The notes beneath the pieces were generated by a model. It had not been told where the DNA came from. It saw nothing but the letters and a program-made list of their open reading frames with translations, and did no database searches. Positions 17,917-26,607 of a DNA stretch of 64,000 nt are shown piece by piece. Source of the stretch: an uncultured archaeon (lineage in GTDB: Archaea > Altiarchaeota > Altiarchaeia > IMC4 > SCGC-AAA252-I15). The position numbers were made by a program, and so were the translations under genes. The stretch's first letter is position 1. Each line of letters starts with the position of its first letter. Location of the stretch: the NCBI GenBank assembly GCA_902384455.1, contig CABMCB010000094.1, positions 53,305-117,304 on the forward strand, written 5' to 3'.

Positions 17917-20900
17917 TCAGAATAGCCCTATTCCCCCGGCCCCCGGATCCTTTAGCGGAACCGGCGGCGCATAATCTTCTATCAAGCCGTCTTGAGTTGA
18001 AGTGAAAACCAATGTCCCGTAGTCAAGACTCAAGACGTTGTTGAGAACAAGTTTGCCAAAGACTGGGATAGACGGATCTTCGCATACGGTATTCACGTTT
18101 ATCCGCCAGTCTCCTGCCGCAGGCGGACTGCTCCCCAAGCAAGCCGACTGCGCGACATACTGCTTGTTGTAGTCAACTATGAAAGCCGACGGTCGAGTAA
18201 CGTGGATTATGTATCCTCTGCCGGGTGTTAGTTCAGTCAGGTTTTGTGTTTCTTGTGGGGGCTTTTTTGGGTCGAATGTGACGGAGCAGTTGGGTCCGAC
18301 TCCGCAGTCGTCTTTCTGCCATTGGATTATGTCGTATGCTCCGTCGAAGTCCGGTCCGAAGTTTGTTGCGTTGCCGTCGTGCAAGGAGGACAAAACGGAG
18401 TCTCTGAAAGGTTTGATTGGGCGAGCGTATTTTCCGGGGTAGCCTATCCAATACCAACCTGCGGCTGAAAAGTTGATCACCGTTGTCGTTGGCTCATATC
18501 CCAAAACCTTCATCGTACTGGGCTTATTGACCCACAATGAGAAGCCGGTTTTCTCGGAAACCTTATTGAAACCCTGACTTATCCACGAGGGAACAGTAGG
18601 ATTGAACGACGCCAGAGTCGCGGAAGAATCCGCAATCGGCCCAATTGTGAAGTCGTATGAGCCGTCGAAGCCGGGTCCGAAGTCGGTTGCGTTTCCTGTG
18701 TGGAGGCTTTTGAAGAATGAGTCGCCAAACGGCTTGAAGCTTGTGTTTAGTGGTATCAGCGGGATTGAGATGTATTTCCATCCGGTAGTGTTGAATTGTA
18801 TCACGAATTCCTTTACTCGCAGGTCTTTGATTTCTATTGTTTTGTTTTGGCTCCAGACGCCCCAGTTGCCTTTTGCGTCTTGCGCGCGGACTCTGTATGT
18901 GACGTTTCCTAAAGATTTGTTTTGCGTTTGCAGCAGGGGTATTTGGCTCGCGTAAGTCGTCTTGTTTTTGGCGTATTCCTCGATTTCGTAGGCGCTTATT
19001 CCGCTTCCGTCTGAAGAAGGCATCCACACTAACGTGACGTTGTATCCATCAACGAATCCACCAATGATTTCGGGGGTCGTCGGCGGTTTCATCAGGACTG
19101 CGCCCGCGTCCGAGACGGCACTTAACGCGTATTCTGGCGTGTTGTCTGCGTCTGCCGCCTGAACCCGCACGTAAAGATGCTCGCCTTCATGGGCTTCGGG
19201 AGCTTCTATTGCCGCCGTCCATAAGCCGCCTGCTTTCGCGAGTTTTTCTATGCCGTCGAATTTGCTTTGCGACACGTCGCTTGCGTTCCACCGGTACAAT
19301 ACGCGCGGCAGGTCCTGCGTCTCCTGTATTCCCTTAGTATCGTTGAATGTTGCGGCGATAATAAAGTTTCCGCCCGCATCAGCATCTCCAAAGGATAAGA
19401 CGGTAATGTTCGGCGGACTTACGTCGTCGTCGCCTATTTTGTATCCGCCACCGGGGTCGTCGTAGGGACTCCACTGGTACCCCCACCATGAATCGTAAGT
19501 GCGAATCCTCCAGTAGACTTTTTTGCCTTCGCATTCCTCTGAGAGCAGGAAGTTGGCGGGAGTCTTCCAGTTGTAGGGGCAGCTTCCAACGCAGTAATTG
19601 GACAAATCCACCCAACCGGTCCTGTGTAAGTCATCTACGCTTGTGTCTTGGCACCTGTAGAATAATCGCGCCTTTGTGACACTTGAGGGTAGTTTGAGGC
19701 CTATGAAGTAGGGTTGCGATGAGTTTGTTGGTGGGCGGTCTTCGATTGTGTCGAATTCAATCCACGTCGGCGGGTGAACTGGGATTTCAAGTATTTTATT
19801 TTTGTGTTCGTCCACCGCCCAGTCGTCGATTGTCACGTTGAGTTTTATGTACTGCGCTTTTTCTCCGTCGCCTACCTTACAGTTCGTCAGATTGTATACG
19901 TCTACGTGGTTTACGTCGACGTATTCATAGTCTCCTGCAGTGATTGCGCCTATGTGTTGGTATTGGGCTAATGTTTTTCTGACGCAGGGCCCTGCAGTCC
20001 ACACCTCAACGCTCACGTCTCCTCCGCTCTTTGCCCCCGTGTTCTCAATTTTCAGCGTGAAGTCGACTTCCTCGCCGGGGTTTACGTTGCCGTCTTCCGG
20101 ATTGTATCCTTCAGGTATAGCGTATGTTCCCCGCGCCTGCGCCGTCAACTCCAAATCAACAGCCTCAAAAAAAGGAGCAACAGAAACATTCACCCAAACA
20201 GGATTACTAAACGCAACAAAACCACCACCCCCAACCAAAACAACACGAAGATAATATGACTCATTAGTTGACAATGAAAATGGCAACACTTTACTCCCTT
20301 GTAGAGGTATATTCTGATATTCTTGCCATACAATTTCTTCAACTGGAAGAGCATCTAACTCCCTCTTTTTTCCTTTGAATACAGTGATACTACTCACGTT
20401 CCCAAACTCTGCCGTAGTATTCCACGTAAGTACAACCGTTGGTGTTCTGCCGTTTGGTATGTTTAATGTGTCTCCCATCCCCACGCCATCTGCCGTCAAT
20501 GTGACTGCCGGTCCGTCTGTCATATAACATCGGCCATTCTGGAGCGCGTCGTATATGCTCGACGGGTTGTTTGCGGCACGACAGCAGGTGCGGACGCGAC
20601 CGAAAGAGGATGTGTTGTCGCTGCTTTCTCCAGTGATTATTCTTCGCCGTAGAATGTTGAAGTCTCCGTGTGAGTCCGTCCCACCTATTGCATTGATGTG
20701 GCGGCTGAGATTTTCAGTTAGGAGGGTGCGCCATTTTTCGAGGACGAGGTCGCGGCTTTTTACGTTTTCAGTTGTGCGACCGTTCCAGAGTTGGATTCCC
20801 GCATAGTTAGGGAGGGTGTAGTCTTCGGATACATAATCTCCTATGTTTAGTTCGCCGTCGTTGAGGAACGTATATGGCATCGACGCAATCCACATGTCTG

Positions 20901-22020
20901 CTGCGGATTTGTTGATTCCCGCGAGTCGCGCGTATATAGGACCCAATCGCCCGCTAATTAGAAACAGATCTGAGCTGTTATTAGTTGGCGAAGATTGCCT
21001 AAATTCCAGTGGGTGTGCGTAGTAGGAGAATGCGCCGCTTTGCTTCAGGCTTGATAGCAGTAGGTAGAGGGGTAGAGTGCATGTTTGATTGAATGTTCCA
21101 TGTTCGTCTGGAATACAATTTTTTTCTCCAAAGCTGTCGCCGTCTCCGTATATTGCTTCTGTGTAGTTTTCCATCCGGTAGCCAAGTAGATGAACATACT
21201 TTCCTGCGCTGTTTTCCGCGCTGATTTCCTCTCCAACGAGGCATCTTACGCCGCCCTTGCCGTTGACGGCGGCGCATTCCTGCTTGAGATTCCCCCATTT
21301 ACCGAGTTCCGGCGGATTTTGACTGTCGAGGTCGAAGCTGTGGTCTGTAACGGCAAACCAGTCTAACCCTATAAGTTGCGCGGCTTCAGCTGAAGCGTTT
21401 ATAGTATTCCCCACTTCGGCGTAGTTGTCGGTGTATATAGTATGGAAGTGCGTATCGCCGCAGATGTAGCCGGGAATTGAGGGTATCCCATTTCCGTAGT
21501 GAACAGAAAGGGGATAATGCTCTTCAACATTGTTCCATAGTGTTGCAAGGGTTCCGTTGATTATGGAGCCGTTACCACTCAAAGTTCCTATACGGGACTG
21601 ACCGGATAAGATGACTGTGAAAGAATAGATGCCTAAGGTATTGTCTAATTTTAGCTCTGAACGTTTAACGTATACGGTCGTCATCCACGTTCTTTGTTGA
21701 ATAAACGCCGGGAGAACGCCGTTGAGGAAAGTCGATAGAAGGTTTCCGTTTCCGTCATAAAGTAGAAGTTGTGTGCCGTTGTTGTTTGCATCAAACACTG
21801 AAATGGAAGTTAGGTTAAGGAACTCAGTTCTTCCGAATTCGCTTGACGTTTTAACTACGATGCTGACTGGCATTAATTCTACGTTGGGTTGTATTCTCCA
21901 CGGCGCATCCGCGACCGCATACCACGAAGCAAAATTGCTGCTGTAAGCTGTTGCTTCCTGCGTGGCCCACAGAGCCGACCCGAAGGCTAGCGCTAAAGCT
22001 AACCAATTTTGTTCCTTCAT
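17917..22020 (-). CDS. Large secreted PHP-family (CehA/McbA-like) metallohydrolase with Ig/FN3-like and C-terminal GW-strand domains
   Basis: GDTHFHT, AVTDHS, GEEIS, YAHP, GGTDSHG metal ligands; YRVRAQD..GNWG FN3 motif; signal peptide. Confidence 0.85.
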   Translation of the reverse strand: MKEQNWLALALAFGSALWATQEATAYSSNFASWYAVADAPWRIQPNVELMPVSIVVKTSSEFGRTEFLNLTSISVFDANNNGTQLLLYDGNGNLLSTFLNGVLPAFIQQRTWMTTVYVKRSELKLDNTLGIYSFTVILSGQSRIGTLSGNGSIINGTLATLWNNVEEHYPLSVHYGNGIPSIPGYICGDTHFHTIYTDNYAEVGNTINASAEAAQLIGLDWFAVTDHSFDLDSQNPPELGKWGNLKQECAAVNGKGGVRCLVGEEISAENSAGKYVHLLGYRMENYTEAIYGDGDSFGEKNCIPDEHGTFNQTCTLPLYLLLSSLKQSGAFSYYAHPLEFRQSSPTNNSSDLFLISGRLGPIYARLAGINKSAADMWIASMPYTFLNDGELNIGDYVSEDYTLPNYAGIQLWNGRTTENVKSRDLVLEKWRTLLTENLSRHINAIGGTDSHGDFNILRRRIITGESSDNTSSFGRVRTCCRAANNPSSIYDALQNGRCYMTDGPAVTLTADGVGMGDTLNIPNGRTPTVVLTWNTTAEFGNVSSITVFKGKKRELDALPVEEIVWQEYQNIPLQGSKVLPFSLSTNESYYLRVVLVGGGGFVAFSNPVWVNVSVAPFFEAVDLELTAQARGTYAIPEGYNPEDGNVNPGEEVDFTLKIENTGAKSGGDVSVEVWTAGPCVRKTLAQYQHIGAITAGDYEYVDVNHVDVYNLTNCKVGDGEKAQYIKLNVTIDDWAVDEHKNKILEIPVHPPTWIEFDTIEDRPPTNSSQPYFIGLKLPSSVTKARLFYRCQDTSVDDLHRTGWVDLSNYCVGSCPYNWKTPANFLLSEECEGKKVYWRIRTYDSWWGYQWSPYDDPGGGYKIGDDDVSPPNITVLSFGDADAGGNFIIAATFNDTKGIQETQDLPRVLYRWNASDVSQSKFDGIEKLAKAGGLWTAAIEAPEAHEGEHLYVRVQAADADNTPEYALSAVSDAGAVLMKPPTTPEIIGGFVDGYNVTLVWMPSSDGSGISAYEIEEYAKNKTTYASQIPLLQTQNKSLGNVTYRVRAQDAKGNWGVWSQNKTIEIKDLRVKEFVIQFNTTGWKYISIPLIPLNTSFKPFGDSFFKSLHTGNATDFGPGFDGSYDFTIGPIADSSATLASFNPTVPSWISQGFNKVSEKTGFSLWVNKPSTMKVLGYEPTTTVINFSAAGWYWIGYPGKYARPIKPFRDSVLSSLHDGNATNFGPDFDGAYDIIQWQKDDCGVGPNCSVTFDPKKPPQETQNLTELTPGRGYIIHVTRPSAFIVDYNKQYVAQSACLGSSPPAAGDWRINVNTVCEDPSIPVFGKLVLNNVLSLDYGTLVFTSTQDGLIEDYAPPVPLKDPGAGGIGLF

Positions 22021-22037
22021 TTGCGTCCTCCCGCGGA

Positions 22038-22868
22038 CTAAACAAACTGGTGTAGTATCTCTACGTCATCCACCGTGCCCACAGTGGTCGAATCAATATA
22101 CTTCCCAGTGTTTGTTTTAAGTTTGAGTGTGATATTGAAAGGATGTCTGCTTGAATACTGGATAGAATAGGGTACTGTTGCTAATGCACATGGATCATCC
22201 GGCCCGCCCGCCCTATTAATATTCCAAAGAGAATCATTCACATACGCCTCTAGAGTCTGAAACCCTCGCCCCGTCACATTCACCGCAAAAACGTGAGAAT
22301 AAACCTTTTCGTCGCCCTGTAATTCATAAGCAGGATAACGCCGCACTACTACACTCGTTATTTTCCCTTCCGCCGGACACTGTGAGTAGGGATCCACATT
22401 GGGCCCGTAGTTTACTGTGAACTTGTCCAAAACTTTGTCGCCGTCTCGCAACTCCACAGTAATCGGATACGTGAGGCTGGTGTTGGCGACGCGAATGCGA
22501 TAAGAAGTGGTGATTGTATTAGAGAATTCTACGTTGACTACGTCAGGCTTTAAACTAAGGGTTTCTGAACGTAAGCCCCAATATTGAATCGACTCATCCC
22601 CAATAAAACCAGACGCCCAATTTGAACCATACGGTAAACCACGCAACTTAAACTGCAGACCATTAATCCATATTTCGTAGGGTACTTTACCATGACTAGC
22701 TCCAAGCACACCCTCCCCCACAGCAAAACTAATTATTGCGCCTCCTTCCTGTACTTGAGGATCACCGAACTTTACGTATTCACCCAAACAACCAGAAGAT
22801 GCTAGAACAACAACCAAGCTTACCGTCAAGACCGCCGTCAATTCCTTGCCACCACGTAATTGTTTCAT
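22038..22868 (-). CDS. Array lipoprotein paralogue A4
   Basis: Lipobox SSGC; family blocks EYVKFGDPQVQEGG and NYGPNVDPYSQCPAEGKIT. Confidence 0.85.
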   Translation of the reverse strand: MKQLRGGKELTAVLTVSLVVVLASSGCLGEYVKFGDPQVQEGGAIISFAVGEGVLGASHGKVPYEIWINGLQFKLRGLPYGSNWASGFIGDESIQYWGLRSETLSLKPDVVNVEFSNTITTSYRIRVANTSLTYPITVELRDGDKVLDKFTVNYGPNVDPYSQCPAEGKITSVVVRRYPAYELQGDEKVYSHVFAVNVTGRGFQTLEAYVNDSLWNINRAGGPDDPCALATVPYSIQYSSRHPFNITLKLKTNTGKYIDSTTVGTVDDVEILHQFV

Positions 22869-22886
22869 CGCATCTATCCCTTCAGT

Positions 22887-23048
22887 TTATTTAGTATTGC
22901 TTTTGATTAAGCCGCTAACTAAAGCAGCCGAACCCGACCAGACTCCCGCACCCAACGCAAAGTTGCTGTTGTATGCTGTCGCATTCTGCGCGGCCCCCAC
23001 AGCCAGTCCGAAGGCTAGCGCTAACGCTAACCAAGTTTGTTCCTTCAT
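22887..23048 (-). pseudogene. Truncated 5' fragment (B'') of the PHP hydrolase gene
   Basis: Manual translation MKEQTWLALALAFGLAVGAAQNATAYNSNFALGAGVWSGSAALVSGLIKSNTK*; N-terminus matches the 17917..22020 signal peptide. Confidence 0.75.
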
Positions 23049-23073
23049 TTAGGTGTCCTCCCGCGGACTTTCT

Positions 23074-23910
23074 TTAGTTCAGGGGTTCGATTTCCTCCTC
23101 GGTTCTTGCGCCCACGACAACCGAGTCAATCAACCTCCCTGAAGGCGTTTTTAAAGTGAGATTAAAACTGAAAGGAAGAGTTCCAAAGTAATTCATAGAG
23201 TATGTTAAGTTCGCCCATTCACAGGGATTATCAGGTGGACTTGCTGGCGAAATCAAGTAATAACGAGAATCGAGGTATCCCTCCAAACGCCTAAACCCTT
23301 GACCATACGTATTGACAAAAAAAACAACTGAATACTCACTACCATTTTCTCCAATAGCATACCCCCGATACCTCTTCAATTTCACGCCCGTTATTTTTCC
23401 TTCCGCGGGGCATTCCAGGTACGGATTCACGTCCGGCCCGTAGTTTAACGTGAACTTATCCAACACTCTATCGCCGTCCCGCAACTCTACAGTAACTGGA
23501 TACGTTAGTGTTGTGTTGGCGACGCGAAGCCGGTACGATGTGACTGTGTGTCGCCATAGATTTACATTAATTGTGTCGTGTTCAGCATACAATTCAGGAT
23601 AAGACTGAGTACACCAGTAGTCAACCGCTTCTTTTTCTAGGTTGCCTTGCGCCCAGTAGGATCCAGGAGGACATCCTTCAGAAATCCAACGTCGCCCATT
23701 TAACCATACTTCCAACGACAAATCTTCACTGCTGTACCAATACCTTTGGTCTATCGCGTAGCTGATTATTGAACCCCCCTCTTGCACTTGCGGATCACCA
23801 AACTTAACGTACTCACCCAAGCAGCCAGAAGACGATAAAACAACAACTAAACTCACCGCTAAAATCACCGCCAACACCCTACCGCACCGTAAACGTTTCA
23901 TCGCATCCAT
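23074..23910 (-). CDS. Array lipoprotein paralogue A3
   Basis: Lipobox SSGC; same conserved family blocks as A1, A2 and A4. Confidence 0.85.
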   Translation of the reverse strand: MDAMKRLRCGRVLAVILAVSLVVVLSSSGCLGEYVKFGDPQVQEGGSIISYAIDQRYWYSSEDLSLEVWLNGRRWISEGCPPGSYWAQGNLEKEAVDYWCTQSYPELYAEHDTINVNLWRHTVTSYRLRVANTTLTYPVTVELRDGDRVLDKFTLNYGPDVNPYLECPAEGKITGVKLKRYRGYAIGENGSEYSVVFFVNTYGQGFRRLEGYLDSRYYLISPASPPDNPCEWANLTYSMNYFGTLPFSFNLTLKTPSGRLIDSVVVGARTEEEIEPLN

Positions 23911-23932
23911 CCCTTCAGTTAAATTACTTTGT

Positions 23933-24151
23933 TCATGCCGTAAATTGTACTTTAGTATTACTTTTGATTAAGTCGCTGACTACTACCGCAGCCAAATTCA
24001 GCCGGACTTCAACCCCCGGCTGTATTCTCCACGGCGCATCCGCGACCGCATACCACGAAGCAAAATTGCTGCTGTAAGCTGTTGCTTCCTGCGTGGCCCA
24101 CAGAGCCGACCCGAAGGCTAGCGCTAACGCTAACCAAAGTTTAAGTTCCAT
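23933..24151 (-). pseudogene. Truncated 5' fragment (B') of the PHP hydrolase gene
   Basis: 24021-24136 matches 21890-22005 with one mismatch seen by eye; then diverges into a ...LIKSNTK tail shared with B''. Confidence 0.8.
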
Positions 24152-24171
24152 CGTGTCCTCCCGCGGACTAT

Positions 24172-25020
24172 TTAGTTCAGGGGTTCGATTTCCTCCTCGG
24201 TCTTTGCGCCCACAACAACCGAGTCAATCAAACGCCCAGTCTGTGTTTTTAACGTGAGATTAAACGTGAACGGAAGAGTCCCAAAATAATTCATTGGGTA
24301 CGTTAAGTTCGCCCAGTCACAAGGATTATCAGGCGGATTAGCCGGCGAAATCAAGGAGTAGCGAGTATCAAGATAGCCCTCCAAATTCCTAAACCCTCGA
24401 CCATACGTATTAGCAAACAAAACAACAGAATACTCACTACCATTTTCACCAATAGCATAACCCCTATATCGCTTCAATTTAACGTCTGTTATTTTTCCGT
24501 CTGCGGGGCACTGCGGGTACGGGTTTACGTTGGGCCCGTAGTTTAGTGTGAATTTGTCTAAGATTTTGTCGCCTTCGCGCAATTCCACGTTAATCGGGTA
24601 TTTGACGCTGGTGTTTGCGATTCTAATGCGGAATGATGTTGTGATTACGTTGGAGAATTCTACGTTCACTATGTCCGGTTCAAGACTCACGCTTTGACCC
24701 CAAACAGCCCAATAATCCACAGGCTCTTCTCCAAGTTTGCCAGTCGCCCAGTAGGAGCCGGGCGGAAAAACACTACAACTCCACCTTCTACCGTCAATCC
24801 AAACTTCCCACGGCACATTACCTTTCCCGCCACCCAACACACGCTCCTCCACCGCAAAACTAATTATCTGCCCCCCCTCCTGAACCTGCGGGTCAACAAA
24901 ACGAACATACTCAACAAAAAACAACCAGTAAAAACCAACAACAAACAAACCCAAAATTATCAAGAAAACTAAACACAACCCCGCCACCACCCGCCATTTA
25001 CTTTTCATTGTATCCATCAT
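24172..25020 (-). CDS. Array membrane-anchored paralogue A2
   Basis: N-terminal TM helix; EYVRFVDPQVQEGG and NYGPNVNPYPQCPADGKIT. Confidence 0.85.
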   Translation of the reverse strand: MMDTMKSKWRVVAGLCLVFLIILGLFVVGFYWLFFVEYVRFVDPQVQEGGQIISFAVEERVLGGGKGNVPWEVWIDGRRWSCSVFPPGSYWATGKLGEEPVDYWAVWGQSVSLEPDIVNVEFSNVITTSFRIRIANTSVKYPINVELREGDKILDKFTLNYGPNVNPYPQCPADGKITDVKLKRYRGYAIGENGSEYSVVLFANTYGRGFRNLEGYLDTRYSLISPANPPDNPCDWANLTYPMNYFGTLPFTFNLTLKTQTGRLIDSVVVGAKTEEEIEPLN

Positions 25021-25035
25021 CGTCCTCCCGCGGAC

Positions 25036-25947
25036 TTATGTTGTTTTTTCTGTTTCGGACACAGCGCCCACTGTGACCGAATCTATTGGTTTACCTGTTT
25101 TAGTTTTTACTGTGAGTGTAATCGGCATTTTCAATGATTCGTTAGTATACACAAGACGATAAGGAATCGTTTGAATCACACAAGGATCAGACGGAGAAAC
25201 ATAATCAGGAAGACGATACTCACTCCAATAAACTCCATCAACAAAAGGCTCAGAACCATCAATACCCACCCCAGTCAAATTAAAAGACAACGTCCACACC
25301 TCCATAGGCCGCCCATCAAGAACATACTGACCCTCAGACTGCCGCAATATAACACCGCTAGTTTTTCCTTCCGCCTGGCATTGCGGGTACGGGTTTATGT
25401 CTGGCCCGTAGTTTACTGTTTTTTGTCCTACAGATTTTCCTTTATACTTGACTTCCACTGTAAGAGGGTAAGTGAAATTGAAATCTGATACCCTAAGCAG
25501 ATAATGAACCTTCCGCAAATACACAATATTTATGTTGATTGTATCATGCTCCGCCTGCAACCCCGGATACTCCACGTTATTAGGCATCAAACCCACCTGA
25601 CGCCCATTAACCCACACCTCCCACGGAAAATCAAAACGCTGACTCCAAACCCGATCTTCCACAACAAAAGACACCACACCACCCCCCTCAACCACATCAA
25701 CACCACCCAAACGAACATACTCAGAAAAAAACAACTCGTACACGCCAAGAGAAAACAAACAAAAAAATACAATAAACGTTAAACCCAATAGGATGGCGTA
25801 TTTATGGTTGTAGTGTGAGGTATTTTTTAGGCCTCTTTGGTTTCTGGTTGTCCTCCCGCGGACTCCGGATGTGAGGCTTAGGGTCGGGGTGATGGGGGGA
25901 TGGCGCCCACTGTCCTCCTCCCGGCCCGGTTTCGGTTGGACGTTCAT
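25036..25947 (-). CDS. Array membrane-anchored paralogue A1 (start uncertain)
   Basis: TM helix then EYVRLGGVDVVEGG and NYGPDINPYPQCQAEGK; the N-terminal extension runs through a 15-bp repeat copy. Confidence 0.75.
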   Translation of the reverse strand: MNVQPKPGREEDSGRHPPITPTLSLTSGVRGRTTRNQRGLKNTSHYNHKYAILLGLTFIVFFCLFSLGVYELFFSEYVRLGGVDVVEGGGVVSFVVEDRVWSQRFDFPWEVWVNGRQVGLMPNNVEYPGLQAEHDTININIVYLRKVHYLLRVSDFNFTYPLTVEVKYKGKSVGQKTVNYGPDINPYPQCQAEGKTSGVILRQSEGQYVLDGRPMEVWTLSFNLTGVGIDGSEPFVDGVYWSEYRLPDYVSPSDPCVIQTIPYRLVYTNESLKMPITLTVKTKTGKPIDSVTVGAVSETEKTT

Positions 25948-26125
25948 GTTTTCAGTATTATTTTGACTGCGAGGGCGGTTATGAATACTGTTGTGTTGAA
26001 AAGTATGTATGTGTTTGTTTTCTGGTTCATTCCAGGTCCCTCAGCGGTTTTGCTTTTAGTTCTCCGTCTTCTGTTTTCAGGCGGAGTATGTCGCGGTGTT
26101 TTAGGCTTAATGCGAGGATGACTTC

Positions 26126-26149
26126 GCGGGGCACGTAAATTCGCCCCGC
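26126..26149 (-). terminator. GC hairpin downstream of the 26185 ORF
   Basis: GCGGGGC-N10-GCCCCGC inverted repeat; no clear U-tract. Confidence 0.35.
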
Positions 26150-26184
26150 TCCGTTGTCTTCCAAGTATATTTTGCCTATCTCAA

Positions 26185-26478
26185 TCATTTGTCTGCTGCC
26201 TCCTTGAGGGTTTGGATTACGACGCTGTTTGGGAAGACGGCGACTCCTGCGCGGAGGTTGCGTCCGTCCTCGCTTTTCCCCAAGAAGACTGTGTGTTTGT
26301 ATGCTGGTTTGACGCCTTCTGCGCCGCGCTTCTCCAGTGCTACGTTGTCTAATGCTGCCGTTATCAGGGAGGCGCGGGCGGCCACCGCTTCGAATACTCG
26401 CGCCGACATGCGGCTTTCGTTCATTAGGTCGTATTTTGTTTTTCCTATGGTTACCGTTTTCGATTCAGTTTTGGTCAT
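26185..26478 (-). CDS. Hypothetical protein
   Basis: AGGTGG SD before ATG 26478; normal composition. Confidence 0.65.
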   Translation of the reverse strand: MTKTESKTVTIGKTKYDLMNESRMSARVFEAVAARASLITAALDNVALEKRGAEGVKPAYKHTVFLGKSEDGRNLRAGVAVFPNSVVIQTLKEAADK

Positions 26479-26607
26479 ATTCAACCACCTTGTTAGTTAC
26501 CGGGCAGAAAAACTATAAAAAAAGATATGCTAGAATGTATATGTATGAAGTTACACTTTTGTGGGGTTAACGTTATGAAAACCCTGTTTTTGGCGGCGCA
26601 GATTCGT

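Larger units (their letters stand above)
22025..25864 (-). repeat. Five identical 15-bp repeats AGTCCGCGGGAGGAC punctuating the paralogue array
   Basis: + strand GTCCTCCCGCGGACT at 22025-22039, 23055-23069, 24155-24169, 25022-25036 and 25850-25864. Confidence 0.9.

Noticed and set aside
22846-23052. 68-aa + strand ORF
   Set aside because: It is the antisense shadow of the minus-strand stub B'' (22887..23048).
22025-25864. CRISPR array, integron attC array or DGR
   Set aside because: The spacers are whole genes, there are no attC-type core sites, and no integrase, reverse transcriptase or adenine-specific TR/VR pair was seen.
25865-25945. GC-rich stretch with GGTGATGG resembling a fluoride riboswitch
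   Set aside because: The downstream pairing and pseudoknot elements were not found.
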